A DNA stretch of 64,000 nt, taken from contig DASVAW010000119.1 in the NCBI GenBank assembly GCA_036376135.1, positions 1,767-65,766 of the forward strand, written 5' to 3'. The notes below the pieces were generated by a model that worked only from the letters and a program-made list of their open reading frames with translations, was not told the origin of the DNA and ran no database searches. This document shows positions 55,863 to 64,000 of this stretch, in pieces (the first letter of the stretch is position 1; each line of letters opens with the position of its first letter). Origin of the DNA: Candidatus Polarisedimenticolaceae bacterium. Its GTDB lineage: Bacteria > Acidobacteriota > Polarisedimenticolia > Polarisedimenticolales > DASRJG01. Both the position numbers and the translations under genes were made by a program.

Positions 55863-57128
55863 TCAGCGCCCCACGGCGCGGGCGAGGCGGGCCGACGCGA
55901 CGCGCCACGCCGCCAGCGCCTCGGCGCGATCGAGACGCGCGCGCTGCAGCGCGACTTCGGCGTCGAGGCGCTCGGCGTTGGTCGCCACTCCCTCGAGGTA
56001 ACGGTCCCGCACGATCCGCTCGGCCTCGGCCGCAGCCGCTTCCGCGCGCGTGGCGACCTCCGCGCCCCGGCGGGCGGCGTCGACGCCCAACCGCCGGGCG
56101 GTGACGTCGAGGCGGACGCGGCGGTCGAAGTCGTCGAGCTGATGGGCCACGCTTTCCGCCTCCGAGCGGTACCGCGTCGCCGCGGCTTTCGATCGCCCGC
56201 CGTCGTAGGCCTGGAAGCTCGCGCGCAGGGACACGTCCCAGGAGTCTTCCCATCCGTCCTGCACCGGGACGATCCGGCGGTTCGGGTCGTTGTAGTCGTA
56301 CCCCGCGGCCGCCGTGAGTTGCGGCAGGCGCGAGGCGCGCTCGACGTCGGCCTGCTTCTCGAGGGCGCGCCGGCGGGCGTCGAGGGACTTCCGCTCCGGA
56401 CGGGCCGCGAGCGCCGCCTCGACGAGGGTCTCGAGCGGCTCCGGTTGAGCCGCGGCGCCGTCGAGCGGCTCGGTGGGCTCGATCGGCGTGCCGGGAGGAA
56501 GGTCCGCCAGCCGCGCGAGGTTCGCCTCCGCGACGGCGGCGGCGTTTTCCGCCTGGACGCGCGCGAGCTCGGACTGGTCGCGCTCGGCCTGCACGGTCAG
56601 CGGCTCGCTGCGCGGCGCCAGGCCCAGCGATTCGCGGTGGCGCGCGTCGGCGAGGTGCTGCTCGTACGCGGCGAGCGAGAGCGTGAGGACGCGCACCCTC
56701 TCCCGGGCGGTGACGAGCTCCCAAAACGCCTCGGTCGTCTCGTAGACGAGGTCGAGGGTCCCGGTCGCGACCTCCCCCGTCGCGGCGTCGCGACGGTGCT
56801 CCGCGGCCTCCCGCTGGCCGGTGAGCCGGCCGCCGGTGTACAGCGGCACCGAGGTCTGCGCGCGCAGCACGACGTTGTCCGGGATGTTCGGGAAGATCAC
56901 CTCGAGGCTTCCGTCGGGTTGCGGCACCGCGTACTCGGGGACGTTCGACTGCCGGGTGTACCCCGCCTGCAGGTCGACTCCGGGCCGGCGCGCGGCGCGG
57001 GTCTCGTCCACCGAGGCGGACGCCGCGGCCTCGAGGGCGCGAAGCCGCGCGAGCTCCGGAGCGGCCGCCTTCGCGCGCTCGAGCGCCTCCGGGAGCGACA
57101 ACGCCATCGCGAGCGTCACGGCGAGCAT
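55863..57128 (-). CDS. TolC-family outer-membrane efflux protein
   Basis: Two-repeat coiled-coil/beta pattern ('LQAGYTRQSN', 'LTAAAGYDYN'). Signal-like N-terminus. Start shares one base with the upstream stop. Confidence 0.8.
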   Translation of the reverse strand: MLAVTLAMALSLPEALERAKAAAPELARLRALEAAASASVDETRAARRPGVDLQAGYTRQSNVPEYAVPQPDGSLEVIFPNIPDNVVLRAQTSVPLYTGGRLTGQREAAEHRRDAATGEVATGTLDLVYETTEAFWELVTARERVRVLTLSLAAYEQHLADARHRESLGLAPRSEPLTVQAERDQSELARVQAENAAAVAEANLARLADLPPGTPIEPTEPLDGAAAQPEPLETLVEAALAARPERKSLDARRRALEKQADVERASRLPQLTAAAGYDYNDPNRRIVPVQDGWEDSWDVSLRASFQAYDGGRSKAAATRYRSEAESVAHQLDDFDRRVRLDVTARRLGVDAARRGAEVATRAEAAAAEAERIVRDRYLEGVATNAERLDAEVALQRARLDRAEALAAWRVASARLARAVGR

Positions 57129-58078
57129 CAGCCGACCTCCTTCCGCCCCGCGCTCACGCGGGCGACGAACACGTCCTCGAGCGAGGGGACGACGACGCGC
57201 GCCGAGTCGACCTCGACCTGCGCGGCCCGCAGGAGCGATTCCAGGCGCGCCAGCTCGCCGGCCGAGCCCTCCGGCGACACGCCGGGAAGGGTCGCGTGCA
57301 CGCGCTCGCCGAACAGCAGGACCCCCGCGACGCCCGGCGCCTGCTGGAGGATCTCCTTCGCGCGGCGGACTGGATGCGCGACGAACTCGAGCATCGTTCC
57401 CGGTTCGCCGCGACGCAGGCTCTCGGGGGAGTCGAGCGCCAGGAACCGTCCGCGGTCCATCAAGGCGACCCGAGAGCACCGCTCGGCCTCGTCGAGGTAG
57501 GGAGTCGTCACCAGGATCGTCATCCCCTCCCGCCGGAGCTTCGCGAGGATCCTCCAGAAGTCGCGGCGCGAGACCGGGTCCACCCCGGTCGTCGGCTCGT
57601 CGAGGACGAGCAGGCGCGGCGTGTGGATGAGGGTGCAGGCGAGCGCGAGCTTCTGCTTCATCCCTCCGGACAGGCGGTCCGCGAGGCGCTCGCGAAACGG
57701 AGTCATGCGCAGCAGGTCGAGAAGCTCGTCCCGGCGGGCCTTCCACCCTCCCACGCCGTGCACGCGCGCGAAGAAGGCGATGTTCTCGTCGACCGAGAGG
57801 TCCCCGTAGAGGGAGAACCGCTGGGCGAGGTAACCGACCTTGCTGGACAGCTGCCGCCGCTCGCGCACCGGCTCGTGCCCGCAGGTCCGCACGGTCCCGC
57901 CGTCGATCGCGTGCAGCCCCAGGATCGCGCGCAGTGTCGAGGACTTCCCGGCGCCGTCGGGGCCGATGAGCCCGAACATCTCCCCGGGCTCGACCTCGAA
58001 CGAAGCGCCGTCCACCGCGACCAGGGCCTCGAAGCGCTTCACGAGCCCCTCGACGACGATTTCGGCCGGGGCCCTCAT
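57128..58078 (-). CDS. ABC transporter ATP-binding protein
   Basis: 'GPDGAGKSS' Walker A, 'LSGGMKQKL' signature, 'LLVLDEPT' Walker B. ATGA overlap with the HlyD stop. Confidence 0.9.
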   Translation of the reverse strand: MRAPAEIVVEGLVKRFEALVAVDGASFEVEPGEMFGLIGPDGAGKSSTLRAILGLHAIDGGTVRTCGHEPVRERRQLSSKVGYLAQRFSLYGDLSVDENIAFFARVHGVGGWKARRDELLDLLRMTPFRERLADRLSGGMKQKLALACTLIHTPRLLVLDEPTTGVDPVSRRDFWRILAKLRREGMTILVTTPYLDEAERCSRVALMDRGRFLALDSPESLRRGEPGTMLEFVAHPVRRAKEILQQAPGVAGVLLFGERVHATLPGVSPEGSAGELARLESLLRAAQVEVDSARVVVPSLEDVFVARVSAGRKEVG

Positions 58079-59037
58079 CGGCTCCCCGCCGCCAGGCGGG
58101 CCTCCGCGGGCATTCCCGGCTTGAACAACCCGTCGGCGTTCTCGAGGGCGATCTTGACCTTGTAGACGAGCTTCTCCCGCTCCTTGCGGGTCTGCACGTT
58201 CTTCGGCGTGAACTCCGCCGTCGACGCGACGTAGGTGATCTTCCCCTCGCGCTTCGCGCCGTCGTCCGTCACGACCGAGGCGGGGTCGCCGAGCTTCACG
58301 CGCGGGAGGTCCTCGCCGCCGACGTAGACGGTGAGCCACGGCTCGCGGAGGTTCGTCAGGACGGCGATCGCCCCCCCGACCTGCAGCCACTCCCCCGGCT
58401 CGGTGAGCTTTTCGGTCACCATCGCGTCGAGGGGGCTCAGGACCGTGGCGTCGGAGATCTGGCGCTCCAGGAACGCGATCCGCGCATCGACGCCGTCGAG
58501 TTTGGCCTTCGCGGACTGGATCTCCTCGGGACGGAATCCGGACTCCGCGCGCTTGAGCGACTGCACCGCCGCGGCGAGCCGCGCCGCGAGCTGGTCCCGG
58601 CGTCCGCGTGCGTCGTCGAGGGATTTCGCCGTTCCCGAGCCGCGATCGAACAATCCCTGCATCCGGTCGAAGTCCTTCTGCGCGGCATCGAGATCCGCCG
58701 CGAGCGCGTCGCGCTGCGCGCGCAGCTCCGCCTTGTCCTCCTCGCGGTACCCCGCGCGGCGCAGGCGGTAGTCGGCCTCGGCCTGCGACCGCTCGGCGCG
58801 AAGCTGGTCGAGCTGGAGCCTCTGGTCCGAGGTTTCGATGCGGGCGAGCTCGGCGCCTTGCTTCACCACGTCGCCTTCGTCGAACGCGAGGGACTCGACG
58901 CGCCCCGCGATCTTCGTCGCGAGACGGACCTCGGTCGCCTCGACGTGCCCCGAGGCGAGGATCGGGCCGTCGGCGCTCCCGTCGTCGCAACCGGCGAGCG
59001 CGAGCGGGAACAGGGCCAGGAGGAGGGTTCTACGCAT
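58075..59037 (-). CDS. HlyD-family membrane fusion (periplasmic adaptor) lipoprotein
   Basis: 'LALAGCDD' lipobox, long coiled-coil, beta-barrel C-terminus ('VKIALEN...KPGMPAEA'). Overlaps the TetR gene end by 8 nt. Confidence 0.85.
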   Translation of the reverse strand: MRRTLLLALFPLALAGCDDGSADGPILASGHVEATEVRLATKIAGRVESLAFDEGDVVKQGAELARIETSDQRLQLDQLRAERSQAEADYRLRRAGYREEDKAELRAQRDALAADLDAAQKDFDRMQGLFDRGSGTAKSLDDARGRRDQLAARLAAAVQSLKRAESGFRPEEIQSAKAKLDGVDARIAFLERQISDATVLSPLDAMVTEKLTEPGEWLQVGGAIAVLTNLREPWLTVYVGGEDLPRVKLGDPASVVTDDGAKREGKITYVASTAEFTPKNVQTRKEREKLVYKVKIALENADGLFKPGMPAEARLAAGSR

Positions 59038-59692
59038 GGGACGACTCCTCGGCGGCGAGGCCGCGCAGGATGAGGGTCTCGAGATGGCGGACGTACGCAT
59101 CGGGGTCGGGAGGAGGGCCGGCGTACGGCAGGCGCCCCTCCTGGAGGATGCGGTCGCGGAACGGAGCGACCAGGAAGAAGAAGATCATCGCGCCGAGGAT
59201 CGACTGGTGGGTCAGCAGCGGGTCGACCGGGCGGAACTTGCCGTTGCGGACGCCGTCCGTGAGGATCTCGAAGAGCGTCCCCCAGACCACGCCGAACTTC
59301 GGGAGCAGGGTGTCGTCGAGGTGGCGGCCGTTGGAGAGGACCTCCCGAATCACCATCCTCGAGAGCGTGGGGCGATTGGTGTGCAGTTGACCGAAGATGC
59401 GGATGAACCGCCGGAGCTTCTCGTCGGCCGGAAGGACCTCCCCGCGCAGGGCGAGCACCGACTTGGCCACCGGCTCGAGGTCCCGGCGCAGCACTTCCTG
59501 GTACAGCCCGTCCTTCCCGTGGAAGTGGTAGCTGACCATGGCCTTGTTCACCCCGGCGGCGGCGCAGATGTCGTCGAGGCTCACGCCGTCGTACCCGTGC
59601 GCGGCGAAGAGGACCGCCGCGGCGTCGAGCAGGGCGTTTTGCGTCGCCTCGGGGTTTCGCTCCCCTTTGGTCCGTCCGGCGGGTTCGTTCAC
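59030..59692 (-). CDS. TetR/AcrR family transcriptional regulator
   Basis: HTH 'SLDDICAAAGVNKAMVSYHFHGKDGLY'. The track start (59707) is a TTG. The GTG at 59692 preceded by GGAGAG is preferred. Confidence 0.85.
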   Translation of the reverse strand: MNEPAGRTKGERNPEATQNALLDAAAVLFAAHGYDGVSLDDICAAAGVNKAMVSYHFHGKDGLYQEVLRRDLEPVAKSVLALRGEVLPADEKLRRFIRIFGQLHTNRPTLSRMVIREVLSNGRHLDDTLLPKFGVVWGTLFEILTDGVRNGKFRPVDPLLTHQSILGAMIFFFLVAPFRDRILQEGRLPYAGPPPDPDAYVRHLETLILRGLAAEESSHA

Positions 59693-59701
59693 GGGCTCTC
59701 C

Positions 59702-59725
59702 TATCAACCAAACGGTTGGTTGATA
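59702..59725. promoter_or_regulatory. putative TetR operator: TATCAACCAA-ACGG-TTGGTTGATA
   Basis: Perfect 10-bp inverted arms with a 4-nt spacer in the 105-bp divergent region between the TetR/efflux operon and the aldehyde dehydrogenase gene. A TATATT -10-like hexamer lies at 59783-59788. Confidence 0.5.
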
Positions 59726-59797
59726 ACAATAACAGCGCTGTCAAGAGGGGGCTCGGAGAATGCCGACCGGCTTTTCGGTCCCTATATTCGCGACGTC

Positions 59798-61480
59798 ATG
59801 TCCAGCCGCCCCGACCCCGCATACCAGGCCACGGCGGGGCTCGGCCCTCCCCTGCTGCCCCTGGTCGAGGGGCAGGCCGGGGTCGGTGCCGGCCCGACGC
59901 TGTTCTGCGTGAACCCCGCGACCGGGGAAGCGTTCGGCCACGTCGCCTGCGCGAACAGCGAGGAGATCGACCGCGCGGTGGAGTCGGCGGCCTTCGCCGC
60001 GAAGTTATGGCGCTCGGCCCCCTTCGAGGAACACGCGCGCGCCCTCAACCGGCTCGCGGAGCGCGTGCGCCTCGAAGCGGAGGAGATCGCGGGGCTCATC
60101 GCCCTCGAGCAGGGGAAGCCCTTCGTCGAGGCGCTGAACCTCGAGATCCTCCCCGCCCTCGATCACCTGCGGTTCCTCGCGAAACACGCGCGCGACCTGT
60201 TGCACGGCGAGCCGATCGACCCGCGCCACCCGCTGTACGCGCACAAGGACGCCTTCTACCTCTACGACCCCGTCGGCGTCGTCGCGCTCGTCACCTCCTC
60301 GCCCCTTCCCTTCGCGCAACCTCTCGTCCAGGCGGCGACCGCGCTCGTCCTGGGAAACGCCGTCGTGCTCAAGCCGAGCGAGCACACGCCGATGTGCGGC
60401 CTTCGCGTCGGACAGCTGTGCGTGGACTCGGGATTCCCCGCGGGGCTCGTCAACGTCGTGCCGGCATCCCGCGAGGACACGCTGCACCTGGTCTCCCACG
60501 AGCGCATCGACAAGGTCTTCGTCTCGGGCTCCCTCGAGGCGGGGCAGAACGTCATGGTCACCGCCGGCTGCGCCCCGCGCCCGGTGGTGCTCGCCCTGGG
60601 CGGCAAACACCCGGCGATCGTCGCCGCCGACGCCGACCTCGATCGCGCCGCGCGCGGGATCGTGTGGGGCGCCTTCGCCAACGCCGGCCAGAACTGCGGC
60701 GCCGTCGAGCGCTGCTACGTCGAGGAGGCCGTGGCCGCGCGCTTCATCGCGCGCGTCCTCGAGCTCGTCGACGCGCTTCGCATCGGCGACCCGCTCTCGA
60801 AGGAGGTCGAGATCGGGCCGATGGTGTCGGAGGATCGCCGGCAACACGTGCATGCCCACGTCGAGGACGCGGTGCGCCGCGGCGCGCGCCTGCTGCGCGG
60901 CGGGACCATGCCCGACGGGCCGGGGTTCTTCTACCCGCCGACGGTCGTGCTCGACCCTCCCGAGGACGCCCTGATCCTCAACGAGGAGACCTGCGGCCCC
61001 GCGCTCGCCGTCGTCGTCGTCCCGAACATCGAGCGCGCCCTGATGCTCGCGAACGAGAGCGAATACGCGATGACCGCGAGCGGATGGACGTCGTCGCCGG
61101 AGAACGGCGAGCGGATCGCGGCCGGCCTCGAGGCGGGTGTCGTCACGATCAACGACGTGTTGTACGCGTGGGGCGAGCCCGCGGCGTCGTGGTCGGGGTT
61201 CAAGCGCAGCGGCCTCGGTCAGGTCCACGGTCGCGCGGGGTTGCAGGAGATGGTCCGCCGCCGGTTCGTGTCGTTCGACGCGGAGCCGGGTCTCTCGCCG
61301 CTGTTCGCATTCCCCTACGACGAGCCCGCCGACCACATGGCGCGCACCGCTCTCGCCGCGATGCACGCGCCGACCAAGCGCAAGCGCTTCTTCGGGGTGC
61401 TGCGCCTGGTGCGCAACGCTCGCTTCCGCGAGCGGGTGAACTGGAAGTCGTTCCTGCTGGGGCGCAAGCGGCAGAAGTAG
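59798..61480 (+). CDS. aldehyde dehydrogenase family protein with basic C-terminal extension (560 aa)
   Basis: 'ALGGKHP' and 'GQNCGAVERCYV' catalytic Cys region. About 80 extra C-terminal residues rich in K/R ('KRKRFFGVLRLVRNARFRERVNWKSFLLGRKRQK'). Confidence 0.85.
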   Translation: MSSRPDPAYQATAGLGPPLLPLVEGQAGVGAGPTLFCVNPATGEAFGHVACANSEEIDRAVESAAFAAKLWRSAPFEEHARALNRLAERVRLEAEEIAGLIALEQGKPFVEALNLEILPALDHLRFLAKHARDLLHGEPIDPRHPLYAHKDAFYLYDPVGVVALVTSSPLPFAQPLVQAATALVLGNAVVLKPSEHTPMCGLRVGQLCVDSGFPAGLVNVVPASREDTLHLVSHERIDKVFVSGSLEAGQNVMVTAGCAPRPVVLALGGKHPAIVAADADLDRAARGIVWGAFANAGQNCGAVERCYVEEAVAARFIARVLELVDALRIGDPLSKEVEIGPMVSEDRRQHVHAHVEDAVRRGARLLRGGTMPDGPGFFYPPTVVLDPPEDALILNEETCGPALAVVVVPNIERALMLANESEYAMTASGWTSSPENGERIAAGLEAGVVTINDVLYAWGEPAASWSGFKRSGLGQVHGRAGLQEMVRRRFVSFDAEPGLSPLFAFPYDEPADHMARTALAAMHAPTKRKRFFGVLRLVRNARFRERVNWKSFLLGRKRQK

Positions 61481-61519
61481 GGGTCGGGCGTAACCGGTTA
61501 ACCAGTCTTGGGAGCGCCC

Positions 61520-62551
61520 TCACACCGCGAAGCCGAACCCCATCAGACTCCAGAGCACGAAGCTGAGCGTGCCGAGGTCTCGTTTCTCGCGCAGGGAGAC
61601 GCAACTCACCGATGCGGCCGTGCTCGGCACCTTGCCGACCGTCAGATCCGTGAGCCCTCGGATCGCCGCCAGAACCTCCTCGCTGTCGGTGTCGGGACCC
61701 GGTGCGACCCAAACCGTGGTCGCCAGATCTTCGCGGACCAGGAATCCGGTCGCGCCATCGAAGGACTCGGGGACCGGCCCCATCCCCTTGCGCGGGGCTT
61801 GGGGGGTCTTCGGAACCCGTCGCAGTCCCCACGCGATGACCGAGGCCTCCGATGATGGGCCGCAGGAACCGCCCTGCGGTGGGATTCGTCGGTGCGCCAA
61901 CCAGGCGACCAGTTTCTCGCCCGTCGCCATCGCTTCTGGAGACGTTGCAGCAATGAGCACTCCCGGTACGGGGTTCTTGAGATGAAGCGGCCGGGGTTCG
62001 TCGTCGGCATCGGTGGTCGCCTGCAAGGTCGAGCCGGCCGGGTTCTTTCCCCCGCCGCCTGCTGCCGCGCTCGGCCCGGCCGGTAGGGCGCAGTCCTCCG
62101 CTCTCGCACACTTGACGATCGTCCCTCCGTCGAACCGCATCAGCCCAAGGCCGGCCGGGGCACGAAAACTCCCGCCGAACATCGCGCTCCACTCGATCGA
62201 CCGACCTTGCAGCTCCGGGGAAGCTCGAACGTCCGTGCACCTGTAGAGGAGCATCGACGCGACAAAACGCATCTCTGCGATGTTCCCTTTCCTGTTGGCG
62301 GGACTGGCGGACGGCGCCACGTACGGCCCGTTCAAGACGACGATCGATTCGATCTCCGGGACTGAAGGCTCCGTGGAAAGGGGCTCGGTATCTCGAGCGC
62401 TCGTGGACATGGAGAGACCGACCGAAGCGAGAATCGCCATCGACCCGATTCTCGCAACAGCCAGGCTACGTGGGCTGATCGGTGCAGGGCCAGTCGAAAC
62501 TCGGCACGACGATTCGCACGCGCTTCGACCGCTCGGTGGCGCCTTCCTCAT
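61520..62551 (-). CDS. hypothetical protein (lower-GC island)
   Basis: Longest frame in this stretch. The Met at 62551 is ATGA-overlapped with the upstream membrane-protein stop. No family recognised, and the start and even the coding status are uncertain. Confidence 0.4.
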   Translation of the reverse strand: MRKAPPSGRSACESSCRVSTGPAPISPRSLAVARIGSMAILASVGLSMSTSARDTEPLSTEPSVPEIESIVVLNGPYVAPSASPANRKGNIAEMRFVASMLLYRCTDVRASPELQGRSIEWSAMFGGSFRAPAGLGLMRFDGGTIVKCARAEDCALPAGPSAAAGGGGKNPAGSTLQATTDADDEPRPLHLKNPVPGVLIAATSPEAMATGEKLVAWLAHRRIPPQGGSCGPSSEASVIAWGLRRVPKTPQAPRKGMGPVPESFDGATGFLVREDLATTVWVAPGPDTDSEEVLAAIRGLTDLTVGKVPSTAASVSCVSLREKRDLGTLSFVLWSLMGFGFAV

Positions 62552-62955
62552 CCTGACCTCTCGCGCATCGGTAGCTGGCTCCGACCTACCAGCGTGGCAA
62601 GAAGGATCCCCGTCAGGACCATCGACGCATCTCCCAGAGCTTCGCTGACACCGACGGCCAAGCGAGCGTCGGCGAACGCCGTGGAGAGGAACTCCATCGT
62701 CGTGGCCACGACCAGCAAGGGCAAAGCGCCGCGCCGGCCTATCCAAGCCAGCACACTAGAAACGGCCAACCCGACGAGCGCGACAAGGCCCGCGAGTGGG
62801 GCCAGACGCCCGGTCGGTAGAATCGATTCCGACACGGCCGTTGAGGGCCCAGGCACGGAAGTAGTGATGCGGGCAACGGCACCAGCGCCGGCACCGAGGA
62901 TGATCACCCCCCACAGTGCCACGATCAGCAGCCGTGTTCGCATCGTCTCGGTCAT
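62548..62955 (-). CDS. hypothetical 4-TM membrane protein
   Basis: 135 aa, four hydrophobic helices, GGGAGG RBS upstream of the ATG at 62955. Confidence 0.5.
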   Translation of the reverse strand: MTETMRTRLLIVALWGVIILGAGAGAVARITTSVPGPSTAVSESILPTGRLAPLAGLVALVGLAVSSVLAWIGRRGALPLLVVATTMEFLSTAFADARLAVGVSEALGDASMVLTGILLATLVGRSQLPMRERSG

Positions 62956-63053
62956 CGAAGCCTCCCAACCGCCGCGCCGGCGATCCGAAGTCGGGAACCG
63001 ACGCTCACGTCACCGGGCTCAGGTCTCCGCTCACCAATAAGCTCGAAGCTAGC

Positions 63054-63725
63054 TCACTCATCCACCCGATCGAACACCGGCAGCAGCGCCTTGAACACTT
63101 CGAGTACCGCCCGCCCGAACTCGGGCGACGCCACGAGATCCATCGACGCGGGGAGCTCCCAGCGGCGTCCCAGCTCCCACCACACCCCGCGCAGCGCGGT
63201 CTCGTGGAAGCTCCGCTGCCAATCCGACTGCGATTCGAAGACGAGTCGCGAGCCGTCCGGCCACGGGGCCGAGGCGTAGACCCTGAAGTACAGGTCCCCC
63301 GCGGCAGCCACCTCGGCGAGGCGGGCGCCGAGCCCCCCATGCCGCGCGCGAAACTCGAAGCGCCCAAAACCGGTCTGCGCGGCGTCCCATGCGAGTCGCG
63401 CGGCGACGTGGTCCGCGTGGACCCCCACGTTGAGCTGGGGGGCGGACTGGTACCCCTGCGCGAGGTGGGAAAGGGCGAGCCACGTGCAGAACGGCTGATA
63501 GGTCTTCGGCCAGTTGAGCTGCGGGAGGTGCGCGTGGAGGGGGGGCTCCCCCGGTGCCGCGAGGCCCTCGACCAGGTCCTCCCCCAGCGCCTCGAGGGCG
63601 GGGTGGAACCCGTCGAGGATCGCCCGCCGGCGCCGCTCCTTCTCCTGGATCGAGAAGACCTCGAACGCGGCGGCGGGAAGCCCGCGGAATCTCCGGTCCG
63701 GCTCGAACAACGAACCTGAGCTCAC
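63054..63725 (-). CDS. hypothetical protein, tentatively DUF1054/YktB-like
   Basis: Balanced composition, unlike the overlapping frame 63058..63732. The layout 'FEVFSI..R...I...HPALEALGEDL....LHAHL' resembles YktB-family proteins as I remember them. Confidence 0.5.
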   Translation of the reverse strand: MSSGSLFEPDRRFRGLPAAAFEVFSIQEKERRRRAILDGFHPALEALGEDLVEGLAAPGEPPLHAHLPQLNWPKTYQPFCTWLALSHLAQGYQSAPQLNVGVHADHVAARLAWDAAQTGFGRFEFRARHGGLGARLAEVAAAGDLYFRVYASAPWPDGSRLVFESQSDWQRSFHETALRGVWWELGRRWELPASMDLVASPEFGRAVLEVFKALLPVFDRVDE

Positions 63726-63827
63726 GCCCCAAGTGTATTGCGGGAGAGGGCCCGCGGTGGCAACCTAGGCGGCCCTCCGCCGTATTGGACGCGGGGGACC
63801 CCTACCGGGTCAATTTTTGGAGAAACC

Positions 63828-64000
63828 ATGAACGTGCGGATGACCGCGCGGACCTCGGGTCTCGCCGCGGCCCTCCTCGTGCTCGTCGCCTTCCCGGCGG
63901 CGGCGCAGGATGTGGCCTCGTTCGAGAAGAACCTCACGGTCCACAAACTCGACAACGGATTGACGTTCCTGATCTACGAGCGCCCCGCCGCGCCCGTCGT
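63828..64000 (+). CDS. M16 (pitrilysin/insulinase) family peptidase, N-terminal fragment
   Basis: ATG at 63828 after GGAG. Signal peptide 'LAAALLVLVAFPAAAQ', then 'HKLDNGLTFLIYE', typical of M16 N-termini. Open to the window end, so absent from the ORF track. Confidence 0.6.
   Translation, partial: MNVRMTARTSGLAAALLVLVAFPAAAQDVASFEKNLTVHKLDNGLTFLIYERPAAPV

Noticed and set aside
63058-63732. ORF 63058..63732 (-, 224 aa), alternative frame to 63054..63725
   Set aside because: Its translation is Arg/Gly/Pro/Ala-dominated shadow sequence. The neighbouring frame has balanced composition with W/F/Y/H/E/D and a YktB-like layout.

Overview
High-GC (by eye about 70%) bacterial chromosomal segment, very gene-dense. 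I call 59 CDS. I saw no rRNA, tRNA, CRISPR array, transposase or integrase. All domain and family names come from motif recognition by eye and from memory; no searches were run. Start codons were chosen from frame-consistent ATG/GTG codons, Shine-Dalgarno-like purine tracts and the 4-nt ATGA/GTGA stop-start overlaps that are common in this window. Most very long ORFs in the track are Arg/Pro/Gly-rich shadow frames of real genes on another frame or strand.

Gene blocks:
- 1.8-13.2 kb: a complete tryptophan -> kynurenine -> 3-hydroxyanthranilate -> 2-aminomuconate gene set in two convergent operons. A soluble PAS-PAS hybrid histidine kinase sits inside the operon and a SixA-like phosphatase sits at its head.
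- 13.3-24.8 kb: mixed housekeeping and envelope genes (TPM/Tim44-like pair, GT2, DJ-1/PfpI, sigma-70 factor, metallophosphoesterase, Sua5/TsaC, M49-like lipoprotein, HemF).
- 24.9-35.6 kb: secreted-protease and envelope block (lysyl-endopeptidase-like S1 protease, two DUF4097 proteins, GATase1, PilZ, a 1488-aa thermolysin-like multidomain protease, an outer-membrane barrel).
- 35.6-41.4 kb: a six-gene, tightly coupled membrane polyamine-like operon (pyruvoyl AdoMetDC, double DUF4178, 61-aa TM peptide, DUF350, polytopic SpeE-like enzyme, Tat-signal FAD amine-oxidase-like enzyme). This is my best candidate for an uncharacterised system.
- 44.1-50.8 kb: RDD - SpoIIM-like - DUF4129 - DUF4350 - MoxR - DUF58 operon.
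- 52.3-59.7 kb: TetR-controlled YbhGFSR-like ABC-2 efflux operon, with the ATPase split into two genes around a TolC gene.
- 59.8-64 kb: a long aldehyde dehydrogenase, a lower-GC two-gene island, and a partial M16 peptidase.

The most unusual non-coding signal is a repeat family built on TAGGGACAG. It has two long perfect foldbacks (153 bp and 127 bp) and three half-sites. Its AAATAG ends supply the stop codons of flanking genes, and its half-sites lie next to lower-GC orphan or TA-like cargo.
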